The notes: generated by a model from the sequence alone, not told the origin. 32,000 bases of DNA from Candidatus Nitrosopumilus koreensis AR1 (GCF_000299365.1 NC_018655.1:960001-992000), one strand, 5' to 3'. Shown: positions 1 to 8,887, numbered from the stretch's first letter. Made by a program: numbers and translations.

Positions 1-53
1 CTTGTCCTTGTTACGTTTGAACAAACCCATATTTTGTTAAAATTTTGAAATAC

Positions 54-61
54 ATTATAAA
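54..61 (+). promoter_or_regulatory. TATA-box-like element (attataaa) upstream of the first gene
   Basis: An A/T octamer lies 24 nt upstream of the ATG at 85. This spacing fits an archaeal promoter with a very short or absent leader. Motif only. Confidence 0.3.
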
Positions 62-84
62 GGATACGTGATTTTGGGAAAAAC

Positions 85-1224
85 ATGACGATAAAAAATA
101 TCACCGTTTTAGGTTCTGGAGTAATGGGACACGGGATTGCACAAGTATCAGCCACTGCAGGATACAATATTGTTCTAAGAGATATCGAGCAAGGATTCTT
201 GGATAAGGCAATGGAGAAAATAAGATGGAGTTTAGATAAATTAGTTTCAAAGGAAAAAATATCTAAAGAAGAGGCTGATGCAATTTTTGGTAGAATCAAA
301 CCAGTTGTGGATTTGAAAGAAGCTGTAAAAGATGCAGAGTTAGTAATAGAAGTAGTGCCAGAGATTATGGATTTGAAGAAAAAAGTCTATGCAGAACTAG
401 ATCAAGTTGCAGCACCAGAAGTCATCTTTGCATCAAACACCAGCACATTGCCAATAACAGAGATTGCAGATACGACATCGAGACCAGACAAATTTATTGG
501 AATTCATTTCTTCAACCCTCCACAATTAATGAAACTAGTAGAAGTAATTCCAGGTGAGAAAACATCTCAAGAAGTTACTGAACTGACCAAAGATTTTGTA
601 AAATCAGTTAACAAACAAGCCGTATTATGCAGAAAAGATGTTCCAGGATTTATCATCAATCGATTATTCATCCCAATGGTTCACGAAGCATGTTATGTAA
701 AAGATAGAACTGGGGCAACTCTTGAAGAGATTGATTCGGCAGTAAAATTCAAGCTAGGATTTCCTATGGGCATCTTTGAATTGGCAGATTTCACAGGCAT
801 GGATGTAATACATAAAGCAACAGTGGAGATGCATTTGAGAGACAAAAAAGTGATCAATCCACACCCATTAGTTGAAAAAATGTTTGATGAAAAAAAGTTA
901 GGTCAAAAATCAGGTGAGGGGTATTACAAATATTCAGATGACAAGTATGAAAGAGTTACACTGTCTGAGGAATTGGCACAAAAATGCAACCCAATTCAAC
1001 TTGTTGCCAACATTCTAAACAACGCAGCATGGCTTGTCACAAATGGAGCAAGTGATATTGAAGAGATTGAAAAAGCAGCACAGTTAGGATTAGGTCTAAA
1101 AAAACCATTATTTGAAACAGCAAAAGAGATAGGCATCAAAAATATTGTAGATGAGCTAAACAAACTTGCCAAAGAACACGGAGAGTTTTACAAACCAGAT
1201 CCGTTGTTAGTGTCCATGCAATAA
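85..1224 (+). CDS. hbd: 3-hydroxyacyl-CoA (3-hydroxybutyryl-CoA) dehydrogenase, NAD-binding
   Basis: 379-aa ORF with an N-terminal Rossmann motif (VLGSGVMGHGIA). It has the IHFFNPP motif and PGFIINR typical of the 3-hydroxyacyl-CoA dehydrogenase family, plus a C-terminal extension. Confidence 0.9.
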   Translation: MTIKNITVLGSGVMGHGIAQVSATAGYNIVLRDIEQGFLDKAMEKIRWSLDKLVSKEKISKEEADAIFGRIKPVVDLKEAVKDAELVIEVVPEIMDLKKKVYAELDQVAAPEVIFASNTSTLPITEIADTTSRPDKFIGIHFFNPPQLMKLVEVIPGEKTSQEVTELTKDFVKSVNKQAVLCRKDVPGFIINRLFIPMVHEACYVKDRTGATLEEIDSAVKFKLGFPMGIFELADFTGMDVIHKATVEMHLRDKKVINPHPLVEKMFDEKKLGQKSGEGYYKYSDDKYERVTLSEELAQKCNPIQLVANILNNAAWLVTNGASDIEEIEKAAQLGLGLKKPLFETAKEIGIKNIVDELNKLAKEHGEFYKPDPLLVSMQ

Positions 1225-1476
1225 TTAATGGATTCCCAGATGTTCTTTTATTTTACCTACATCTTCTCCAATCATTGCAATCTGGCTGCTTAGTGCCCAC
1301 ACAGAATTTCTTGACTGAATGTTTTGATTGTTTAGATATTTTACCAAAGTCATGGTAAATTCAGAATTTTTTGTAGTCTCAAGATAGCAGATGATTTCAT
1401 CTATCATTTGAGGAGGCAACCCCTTGTCTAATTTATCAATGAGTTGTTTGCATTCCTCATCATTTTGAATTACCAT
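1225..1476 (-). CDS. hypothetical small protein (83 aa)
   Basis: ATG-initiated ORF that fills the gap between two confident genes. No recognisable motif. Confidence 0.4.
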   Translation of the reverse strand: MVIQNDEECKQLIDKLDKGLPPQMIDEIICYLETTKNSEFTMTLVKYLNNQNIQSRNSVWALSSQIAMIGEDVGKIKEHLGIH

Positions 1477-1508
1477 TATACAATATACGAACTTTTGATT
1501 AAAGAAGA

Positions 1509-2018
1509 TTATGGGGAGAGTAATTCCAGAATTTTTTGAACTGCTTCTTGAGGAGTATCTGCTCCAACTATTTTGATATTTTCTCGGTGATCAAGATATC
1601 CATCAATGTATGGATCAACTGAGCTATTCAAATTTCTGATTGCAACCATAGGTTTTTTGTGCATGTATGCAGCACAGGTTTCAGACAAAGTTCCAGAACC
1701 ACCACCTACAATTATCACACCATCAGCAGACAATGCATTAAGAAAATCACGAGCAAGTCCCATCCCAGTTGGAATTACAATATCACAGAACTCGTTTGCT
1801 TCTGAAGGATCATTTTGAGGTATAATTCCAACAGTCAAGCCATTTGCATCTTTAGCACCATGAGCTGCAGCAGTCATTACACCACCTAATCCCCCACAAA
1901 TTAAAACAGAACCAGATTTTGCAATTTCTACTCCTACCTCATATGCAATCTTCTCATGGTTAGGCAAGCATCCCTTGGTATTATTGCCAATAACTAAGAT
2001 CTGCCTTTTCTTTACCAT
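1509..2018 (-). CDS. LOG/TIGR00725-family Rossmann-fold nucleotide-binding protein
   Basis: Motifs GGLGGVMTAAAHGA and VGGGSGTLSE (PGGxGTxxE-like) are present. I place the start at the internal ATG (MVKKRQILVIG, nt 2018). The 30-aa extension in the ORF track is hydrophobic junk that overlaps the promoter region. Confidence 0.7.
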   Translation of the reverse strand: MVKKRQILVIGNNTKGCLPNHEKIAYEVGVEIAKSGSVLICGGLGGVMTAAAHGAKDANGLTVGIIPQNDPSEANEFCDIVIPTGMGLARDFLNALSADGVIIVGGGSGTLSETCAAYMHKKPMVAIRNLNSSVDPYIDGYLDHRENIKIVGADTPQEAVQKILELLSP

Positions 2019-2107
2019 ATTCCAAAATAGAAAAATGGTTTGAAATAGCTTCCGAGAGAAAAGGATATTAGTAAAAAATACTGTTGTATAGCATGGAAAG
2101 ACGTTCA

Positions 2108-2215
2108 ATGCCAGTATGTTTTACTGAAAAACAATACAAAATGATCGAAGAGTATGCTAAGAAAAATGGAATGCTAAATGCAAGCCAAGCTCTTGAGAAG
2201 ATTCTAAGCGAATAA
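2108..2215 (+). CDS. possible 35-aa ribbon-helix-helix-like microprotein
   Basis: ATG..TAA ORF not in the track: MPVCFTEKQYKMIEEYAKKNGMLNASQALEKILSE. It shows a strand-helix-helix pattern and is followed by T-runs. The call is weak because the ORF is so short. Confidence 0.3.
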   Translation: MPVCFTEKQYKMIEEYAKKNGMLNASQALEKILSE

Positions 2216-2219
2216 ACGC

Positions 2220-2239
2220 TTTTTTGTTATTTTTATTTT
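2220..2239 (+). terminator. oligo-T tract, candidate archaeal terminator
   Basis: The run ttttttgttatttttatttt lies directly after the stop at 2215. Archaeal termination commonly uses T-runs. Confidence 0.3.
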
Positions 2240-2330
2240 GCTTACATTTAAGACATAAAATTCCAGTTTGGAATCGATCATGGGTCTAAAGTACCGTATC
2301 ATTAATGGGCGAATTTGATCTAATGAAGTT

Positions 2331-2423
2331 ATGGATAAAACATACAAGTGTTCTAATTGTTCAGAAGAGTTTCCAGTAGAGAAATTAGAGCACCATTTAA
2401 TAGAAAAGCATTTTTGGAATTAA
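2331..2423 (+). CDS. 30-aa C2H2-like zinc-finger microprotein
   Basis: Sequence MDKTYKCSNCSEEFPVEKLEHHLIEKHFWN, with a C-x2-C-x11-H-x4-H pattern. A clear paralog lies at 13295..13390; both end in HFW. It is below the ORF-track size cut-off. Confidence 0.45.
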   Translation: MDKTYKCSNCSEEFPVEKLEHHLIEKHFWN

Positions 2424-2505
2424 TTTTAGAAACAATAGAATTATAGAAATAGAACTTACATTTTGCTTTACATTTATAGAATAAGCTGTACTATGTAAAT
2501 TTGAA

Positions 2506-2916
2506 ATGGGATTATTTAGCAGAAAACCATCATTTTGTACTATTTGTAATAAAGAACTAACCCACAAACACAAACCAAAAAGAGAGTGGAACATCAAAGG
2601 CCCACTTTGCGGTGATTGTCATTTTGAAAAACAAAAAGAGTACTATGAGGGAAAAGTACGACAACCATGTGCAGAGTGTGGAAAAACTCAAAAAATAACA
2701 GACTTGTGGGAGCCAAGATGGCAATGGGATATGGAAGGACTTCTTTGCAAACCATGTTTTGATAAGAAAGAAGAATCATTTGGAAAAAAGAAAAATTTTT
2801 GCTCGTTGTGTGGTGCAAAGATGGGATTGATCAGATATAATCCAAAAGGAAAATGGAAGATTGACGGTCAGCTTTGCAGGAAGTGCTGGGATGAAAAAAA
2901 GGCAGAGTTTGGATAA
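2506..2916 (+). CDS. zinc-ribbon protein with three tandem CxxC...CxxC modules
   Basis: 136 aa with three repeats of C-x2-C-x17-19-W-x-(I/M)-x-G-x-L-C-x2-C-x-(E/D)-K: CTICNK..LCGDCHFEK, CAECGK..LCKPCFDKK and CSLCGA..LCRKCWDEK. Confidence 0.6.
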   Translation: MGLFSRKPSFCTICNKELTHKHKPKREWNIKGPLCGDCHFEKQKEYYEGKVRQPCAECGKTQKITDLWEPRWQWDMEGLLCKPCFDKKEESFGKKKNFCSLCGAKMGLIRYNPKGKWKIDGQLCRKCWDEKKAEFG

Positions 2917-2932
2917 CAGTTGGGTTTTTTAA

Positions 2933-3115
2933 AAAATAAAATGCAGTATTTGTGACAAGAAATTTTCAAAGCAAGAAGAATTGATGAATCACAAACAGAT
3001 TGTTCATGGAAAAGATTTGCAGTATGATTGTAAAGAGTGCGATAAATATTTCTCAAACATGGAAGATATGAGAACTCATTTACAAAGAGAACATAGTTAC
3101 AAAAAAGACAGATAA
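2933..3115 (+). CDS. tandem classical C2H2 zinc-finger protein; open frame without a canonical start codon
   Basis: The frame reads KIKCSICDKKFSKQEELMNHKQIVHGKDLQYDCKECDKYFSNMEDMRTHLQREHSYKKDR*. Both fingers fit C-x2-C-x3-F-x5-(L/M)-x2-H-x4-H. There is no ATG/GTG/TTG between the upstream in-frame TAA (2930) and the first Cys. An ATG at 2941 is one nt out of frame. Confidence 0.45.
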   Translation, partial: KIKCSICDKKFSKQEELMNHKQIVHGKDLQYDCKECDKYFSNMEDMRTHLQREHSYKKDR

Positions 3116-3319
3116 CTAAATTGCTTTTACTGTTTTGACTACAGGAGGTCTTGCTTTAACAAATACTCTAAATCCACAAATACATTTGATTTCAGGCAAG
3201 CGAGATAGTTCGCTGTTTGAGACTAGAGTTCCACATCTAAGGCAAGAGTAGTTTACATCAAATGTTTCTACAGTAGATTCTTCTTCGTCAAAGTTTTCTT
3301 CAGCCATGTTTATCATCAA
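3116..3319 (-). CDS. rpoP: DNA-directed RNA polymerase subunit P (Rpo12/RpoP)
   Basis: The C-terminal 45 aa (YSCLRCGTLVSNSELSRLPEIKCICGFRVFVKARPPVVKTVKAI) match the RpoP/RPABC4 zinc-ribbon pattern. There is an acidic N-terminal extension, and the start may be the internal ATG at 3307. Confidence 0.7.
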   Translation of the reverse strand: MMINMAEENFDEEESTVETFDVNYSCLRCGTLVSNSELSRLPEIKCICGFRVFVKARPPVVKTVKAI

Positions 3320-3338
3320 AATTTCTGTAATTTAGAGA

Positions 3339-3647
3339 TTATGTTAGTGAGAGTTCGATGTAGACATCATCAGGAATTTTCAGTCTCATTAATTGTCTAA
3401 TTGCTTTATCGTCAGCGTTGATATTGATAATTCTTCTATGCATTTTCATCTCCCATTTTTCATAGGTTTCAGTTCCACTTCCGCATGGAGATTTTCTAGT
3501 AGCAACATGTAATCTTTTTACAGGAAGTGGTGTTGGACCCTTTACCTTTACACCGGTTTTTTTACCGATACCCATGATTTCCCCACAAACACCATCTAGT
3601 TTAGGTAGACTGGTTGATGTGAGTTTGACACGGGCGGTTTGGGTCAT
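3339..3647 (-). CDS. rps10: 30S ribosomal protein S10 (uS10)
   Basis: 102 aa with the typical archaeal S10 sequence (RVKLTSTS...GPTPLP...HRRIINI) and the conserved position downstream of EF-1alpha. Confidence 0.9.
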   Translation of the reverse strand: MTQTARVKLTSTSLPKLDGVCGEIMGIGKKTGVKVKGPTPLPVKRLHVATRKSPCGSGTETYEKWEMKMHRRIININADDKAIRQLMRLKIPDDVYIELSLT

Positions 3648-3658
3648 AAAAAATCCGC

Positions 3659-4630
3659 CTATGGTTTGTACTCTTCGGTAATTTCCTTAACGATTCCTGC
3701 TGCGATAGTTGCACCCATATCTCTAAGGGCGAATCTACCCATCTCAGGGAACTCTTGGAATGTTTCAATACAAGTTGGTCTTACCGGTCTGATTTTTACA
3801 ATTGCAGAATCCCCAACTTTGAGGAATTTTGGATTCTCTTCCTCTACTGCACCAGTTGCTGGATTGATCTTTTGTAAGAACTCAGTAACTGTTGCTGCAA
3901 CTTGTGCAGTGTGTGCGTGCATTACTGGAGTGTAACCAGGTGCAATTGCTGTTGGGTGATGAATTACAATGATTTGTGCTTTGAATTCTTTTGCAACTTT
4001 AGGAGGAGCGTCAGGACTTCCCAGAACATCTCCTCTTTTGATATCTTTCTTCTCAACACCTCTAAGGTTGAAACCAATGTTATCACCTGCTTCTGCAGAT
4101 GGCATCTCTTGGTGGTGAGTCTCAATAGATTTGATTTCGCCAGGAGCACCAGAAGGCATTACAACAATTTTGTCGCCTGCTTTCATAGTTCCTGTCTCAA
4201 CTCTACCTACTGGAACAGTACCAACGCCAGTGATGGTATAAACATCTTGGATTGGCACACGTAGTGGTTTTCCAACTGGTTTTTCTGCTACAGTAAAGTC
4301 ATCAAATGCTTCAAGTAGTGTTTTGCCATTGTACCATGGCATGTTCTCGGATTTTTTAACCAAGTTGTCGCCTTTCCATCCAGAAACTGGAATGAATGGT
4401 ACGTTTTCTAGTTTGTAACCTACAGATTTAACTAATTTTTCGCCCTTCTCTTTGGCTAGTTTGAATGCTTCTTCAGAATAGTTGCTATCATCCATCTTGT
4501 TGATTGCAACAATTAGTTGGTTTACACCTAAAGTCTTGAGCAAGAATGCGTGTTCTCTTGCTTGACCACCTGCAGCAATTGCAGTATCGGTTTCACCTTC
4601 TTTTGCTGAAAGTACTAAGACTGCTGCGAC
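3659..4630 (-). pseudogene. tuf: translation elongation factor EF-1alpha, 5'-truncated (G1-G3 motifs missing)
   Basis: EF-1alpha similarity runs from AAVLVLSAKEGETDTAIAAGGQAREHAFLLKTLGVNQLIVAINKMD (G4 NKMD) through domains II and III to the stop at 3659. Above about nt 4630 the frame reads unrelated sequence and hits an in-frame TAG at 4679-4681. There is no P-loop (GHVDHGKST) or DAPGH. The first canonical in-frame start is TTG at 4543. Confidence 0.75.
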
Positions 4631-4745
4631 TGCGTGTCTGAGGGCATTTATTACTGTTATGAATTTTTGAAAAAAAATCTAAAATTTTTCAATTAATTTC
4701 AGATCAGAAGACTTTGCTAAAAGCACATAAATCAAAGGGACAAAA

Positions 4746-5891
4746 ATGGAAAATATGAAAATTACAGTTTCAGTTATCAAAGCCGATGTCGGCGGGATCG
4801 GAGGACATACAAAACCTAGTGACGGATTATTAGACGCAATTAAAAATACCGTCAAAAATTCAGCAGATTTGCTTATTGATTATTACATAGGATATTGCGG
4901 AGATGACACACATATTGTAATGTCCCATACTCATGGAGTAGACAATCAACAGATTCACAAATTAGCATGGGATGCATTCATGGCAGGAACTCAAGTCGCA
5001 AAAGAAGAGGGACTGTATGGTGCAGGACAAGATTTACTCAAAGACTCTTTTTCAGGAAATGTGAAAGGAATGGGTCCAGGAGTCGCAGAGATGGAATTTG
5101 AAGAAAGACCAAACGAGGCATTTACAGTGTTTGCAGCTGATAAGACAGAACCAGGAGCATTTAACTATCCAATCTACAGAATGTTTGTTGACGCATTAAG
5201 CAACACAGGATTAATTGTAAACAAGAATCTTGCAGAAGGAGTTAAAATCAACATCATGGATGTTGAAAAAGCTCAGATTGCAGAATTAGAATTATGGCAA
5301 GACAAACCAACAATTGAAGCTGCATTAATGTATCCAGGAAGATATGTCGTAGATTCAGTCACTACAAAAGATGGGGAGCCAATTCTAGCTGCATCAACTG
5401 ATAGATTACATAACATTGCAGGAACATATGTTGGAAAAGACGATCCAATCTGTGTCGTTAGAACACAAAAAAGATTCCCAGCAACTGAAGAAGTGGGCAG
5501 TGTCTTTAACAATCCGCACTTTGTTGCAGGAAACACAAGGGGAAGTCACAACATGCCCTTAATGCCTGTAAAACTAAACTCAGCTGCAACAATCAACTTT
5601 TGCATTCCAATAGTCGAATCACTTGTGTTTAGCATGCACAATGGAAAGTTTACTGGTCCATTTGACGGGTTCTCAACCCCAGACTGGGATCTAATTAGAG
5701 AAAGAGCCACAGAAAAAGCAATGGCAATCAGGAGTCAAGGATTCATACATCCAGCAACACTTGTTCCATCCGAGTTAGAATATGCTGAAGGATATAGAGC
5801 AAGAATGGATGTTCTTGAAAGTAAAATGAAGCCAATGGAAGGAACCACATCTAGTGGCGAGAAGAAAGAGAATTACGAAGATCCAGACTAG
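4746..5891 (+). CDS. fbp: fructose-1,6-bisphosphate aldolase/phosphatase (class V FBPase)
   Basis: 381 aa. The N-terminus MKITVSVIKADVGGIGGHTKP is the hallmark of archaeal bifunctional FBP aldolase/phosphatase. The start could instead be the ATG at 4755. Confidence 0.9.
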   Translation: MENMKITVSVIKADVGGIGGHTKPSDGLLDAIKNTVKNSADLLIDYYIGYCGDDTHIVMSHTHGVDNQQIHKLAWDAFMAGTQVAKEEGLYGAGQDLLKDSFSGNVKGMGPGVAEMEFEERPNEAFTVFAADKTEPGAFNYPIYRMFVDALSNTGLIVNKNLAEGVKINIMDVEKAQIAELELWQDKPTIEAALMYPGRYVVDSVTTKDGEPILAASTDRLHNIAGTYVGKDDPICVVRTQKRFPATEEVGSVFNNPHFVAGNTRGSHNMPLMPVKLNSAATINFCIPIVESLVFSMHNGKFTGPFDGFSTPDWDLIRERATEKAMAIRSQGFIHPATLVPSELEYAEGYRARMDVLESKMKPMEGTTSSGEKKENYEDPD

Positions 5892-5956
5892 TTACCACAT
5901 CTGCAAATCATAAGAAATAGTTAAATCAAAAAAGACACTATCAAACTTAGGGTAAA

Positions 5957-6364
5957 ATGGATTTTCAAAAGATTTTTGATTGGAAGACATACATATTCAC
6001 AGCAATAGCTGTTATTTCATTTTCAAATTTCATGGCAGTCCTATTTGGTCAAACCATACCAGGGGTAATTTTGGACTTTTTCAAAGTTGCAGGAGAATAC
6101 GTGGTATTAGGAGCAGTCTTTGTGTTTGCACTTGCATGGCTTCTAAAGGCAAAACCTCACAACCGTCCAAAACAATATTCAGTGATTCCATTTGACGTAT
6201 TTGGAAAGAAGAGCCAGATTGATGGGTTAAGAACAGAGTTCAAAACACATGATGTAGCATGGAGTTTTATGAAACAATACAAAAAATCATATCCATTATA
6301 CAATTTTGCGCTCGTATCTGATCTTCCAAAGTCAGACAAGCCAACAATTTTCAGATACATCTAG
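5957..6364 (+). CDS. hypothetical membrane protein (135 aa, 2 predicted TM segments)
   Basis: ATG ORF with two hydrophobic stretches (IFTAIAVISFSNFMAVLF and EYVVLGAVFVFALAWLL). No recognised domain. Confidence 0.45.
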   Translation: MDFQKIFDWKTYIFTAIAVISFSNFMAVLFGQTIPGVILDFFKVAGEYVVLGAVFVFALAWLLKAKPHNRPKQYSVIPFDVFGKKSQIDGLRTEFKTHDVAWSFMKQYKKSYPLYNFALVSDLPKSDKPTIFRYI

Positions 6365-6400
6365 ATTCAATTTTTATTCAACATTACGTAAAGAATTAGA

Positions 6401-8167
6401 ATGGAGTTTTCTGTGTTAGCTGATGCATTTAACAAGATGGAATCAACTAGAAAAAGATTAGAGCTAACTCAGTATCTGGTAGAATTATTTGAAAAGACAC
6501 CACAAGATGTGATTTCAAAGATAGTTTATCTTCTTCAAGGAAAGTTAAGACCAGATTTTGAAGGGATTGAATTAGGGATTGCAGAAAAACTTGCGATACG
6601 AGCAATCTCAAAATCTTCAGGAATTCCTGTTAAAAAAATTGAAGATGAGTACAGGAAAAGCGGAGACTTGGGACATGCTGCAACCATAATACTAGAACAA
6701 AAAACGCAAACAACATTTCTTGTAGAAGACATTACAGTAGAACGAGTTTACGAAACATTATTCAAAATTGCAAAGTCAGAAGGAAACAGATCACAGGACA
6801 TGAAGATGAAATACATTTCTAGTCTACTAAATGATGCAAGTCCGTTAGAAGCAAGTTTCATCCTAAAAATTTTGTTAGGAACACTCAGACTAGGTATTGC
6901 AGAAAATACAGTAATGGATGCATTGGCAATGGCGTTTTCAGGAAACAAAGAAAACAGAAAAGTCCTAGAACATGCATACAATGTTTCTAGCGACTTGGGA
7001 AAAGTCGCAGAGATTTTAGCAAAAGAAGGATTAGAAGAAGTTGAAAAACTCAAGATAATTTTGTTTAATCCAATCAGACCAATGCTTGCAGACAGAGTAA
7101 AGAGCGAACAAGAAGCAATTGAAAAAATGGGAGAATCATTTGCAGCAGAATACAAGTTAGATGGAGAAAGAGTTCAGTTACATGTTGAAGGGGACAAGGT
7201 TGTTTTGTTTTCAAGAAGTCTAGAAAACATTTCAAGTTACTATCCAGACATTATAGAAAAAATTCCAAAAACAATTCAGGCAGAGAACATAATACTAGAA
7301 GCAGAAGCAGTTGCAATCAATGAAAACACGGGAGAGTTTTTACCATTTCAGGAATTAATGCATAGAAGAAGAAAATACAAGATAGAAAAAGCAGTTACCC
7401 AATATCCAATCACAGTTAATCTGTTTGATATTTTGTATTGCAATGGAAAAAGCTGTTTAGAGTTAGCCTACAAAGAAAGAAGAGAAAAACTTGAAAAAGT
7501 TGTGAAAGAAGATGATTTTGTAAAACACATTCCAATGGCAATAGTAAAAAATGAAAATGACATTGAAGACTTTTTTGAAAACAGCATAAACGCTGGAAGT
7601 GAAGGCTTGATGCTAAAGATGCTGGATAAACCATACCAAGCAGGTTCTCGTGGAAGTCATTGGCTAAAACTCAAAAGAGAATATCAAAATGAACTGGGAG
7701 ACAGTTTAGATCTTGTAGTAATAGGAGGTTTCTTTGGAAAAGGAAGAAGAACTGGGAGCTATGGAACTTTGTTGTTAGCAACATATGAGGAAGACGAGGA
7801 TACATTCACAAGTATTTGTAAAGTTGGGACAGGATTTTCAGATGAAGATTTAGATCAATTGTATCAAATCCTAAATCCCAAAGTCACAATCAAGAAAAAC
7901 CCACGCATTGATAGCGAGATGGAAGCTGATGTGTGGTTTGAGCCAGAATTAGTAATAGAAGTAGTTGCATCTGAAATTACACTCAGTCCAATCCACAAAG
8001 CAGCAAGAGACAAAGTCAGAAAAGGTGCAGGACTTGCGTTGAGATTCCCAAAGTTTACTGGAAAGATAAGAGTTGAAAAAATGGCAGAAGACGCATCTAC
8101 AAATGAAGAAGTAATTACGTTATACCAAGGTCAGAAAAAAGTGGCACATGACAAAAGTCTCATGTAA
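6401..8167 (+). CDS. lig: ATP-dependent DNA ligase
   Basis: 588 aa with the adenylation motif I (AEYKLDGERVQLH, KxDG), EGLMLK, and a downstream OB-fold region (LDLVVIGG..GKGRRTG). Confidence 0.9.
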   Translation: MEFSVLADAFNKMESTRKRLELTQYLVELFEKTPQDVISKIVYLLQGKLRPDFEGIELGIAEKLAIRAISKSSGIPVKKIEDEYRKSGDLGHAATIILEQKTQTTFLVEDITVERVYETLFKIAKSEGNRSQDMKMKYISSLLNDASPLEASFILKILLGTLRLGIAENTVMDALAMAFSGNKENRKVLEHAYNVSSDLGKVAEILAKEGLEEVEKLKIILFNPIRPMLADRVKSEQEAIEKMGESFAAEYKLDGERVQLHVEGDKVVLFSRSLENISSYYPDIIEKIPKTIQAENIILEAEAVAINENTGEFLPFQELMHRRRKYKIEKAVTQYPITVNLFDILYCNGKSCLELAYKERREKLEKVVKEDDFVKHIPMAIVKNENDIEDFFENSINAGSEGLMLKMLDKPYQAGSRGSHWLKLKREYQNELGDSLDLVVIGGFFGKGRRTGSYGTLLLATYEEDEDTFTSICKVGTGFSDEDLDQLYQILNPKVTIKKNPRIDSEMEADVWFEPELVIEVVASEITLSPIHKAARDKVRKGAGLALRFPKFTGKIRVEKMAEDASTNEEVITLYQGQKKVAHDKSLM

Positions 8168-8233
8168 CCATGCTCAAAAAATATCAAAGATCATAGAGGA
8201 TTTAAATTACCTCAGGAATTGGTAGTTTTTGTT

Positions 8234-8887
8234 ATGTATAGTGGAGAGCTTGAAGTTCAAGCAAAAAGAAAGGCTATCGCAGTTTTACAAGACGAAATCA
8301 ACAGAATTCTTAATGCATCTAGAGAATTAGCAACACTTCCTGAACTGATGATGAAAAAAGACAAGACAGGAATCAAAAACACACTAGAACAGATTTCAAC
8401 AATTGAAGAAGAAGTAGAAAATCTAAGAAGAAAGATCACACGAGAAGTAGCAGATGTTGGAGGTTTGATCATGAACAGAGAAAATCTTCTAAACACAGCA
8501 TACACAATGGATGAGATTGCAGGCTACATTACTGGAATATCATTCAAACTCTCAAACGTAAAACCAACTACACTAAAAAGTTCAAAATTAGACAAAGACT
8601 TGACAAAACTAATTGAATTAGTTGTAGACGAAGTCTACAAACTAAATGAAATCATCAGAAGTCTTAACACAAACACTGCAAATGCAATTGAATTAGCACA
8701 AGAAACACAGACAATTGAAAGAGAAATAGACATCAAATACAGACAAGCAACAATAAAACTTCTAACCGAAGTCACCAACACCAAAGAACTGATGTTAATG
8801 AAAGATGTGATTGAAGGAATTGAAGAGATGGCAGACAAATGCCAAAGAGTATCAGATTCTTTCATTTTGTTAGCATTGAGCCTATAG
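8234..8887 (+). CDS. DUF47/PhoU-like (TIGR00153-type) helical protein
   Basis: The duplicated helical pattern I..IE.E.D.LRR...R and I..IE.E.D..YR, ending in IEGIEEMADKCQRVSD, resembles DUF47. The start is set at the ATG at 8234 rather than the TTG at 8219. Confidence 0.5.
   Translation: MYSGELEVQAKRKAIAVLQDEINRILNASRELATLPELMMKKDKTGIKNTLEQISTIEEEVENLRRKITREVADVGGLIMNRENLLNTAYTMDEIAGYITGISFKLSNVKPTTLKSSKLDKDLTKLIELVVDEVYKLNEIIRSLNTNTANAIELAQETQTIEREIDIKYRQATIKLLTEVTNTKELMLMKDVIEGIEEMADKCQRVSDSFILLALSL

Noticed and set aside
1606-1818. Many ORF-track entries lie antisense or out of frame inside confident genes. Examples: 1606..1818, 2397..2597, 2594..2818, 2868..3056, 3639..3935, 3902..4264, 3964..4149, 5273..5536, 5980..6195, 6157..6360, 6535..7155, 7416..7634, 8257..8865, 9826..10053, 10679..10897, 11321..12229, 15135..16546, 16809..17410, 18648..18848, 20002..20618, 22834..24197, 25701..27112, 27476..27798, 28851..29117, 29474..29668, 29836..30339, 30688..31048 and 31324..31861.
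   Set aside because: They overlap longer ORFs that carry recognisable family motifs. Their translations are low-complexity or hydrophobic strings typical of shadow frames in AT-rich DNA, and none shows a motif of its own.
1509-2108. N-terminal extensions suggested by the ORF track: 1509..2108 (199 aa), 8219 TTG for the DUF47-like gene, and 29747 GTG for TFB.
   Set aside because: The extra residues are hydrophobic or low-complexity and overlap promoter-like AT-rich sequence. Internal ATGs give N-termini that match the expected family starts, so I used the shorter models.
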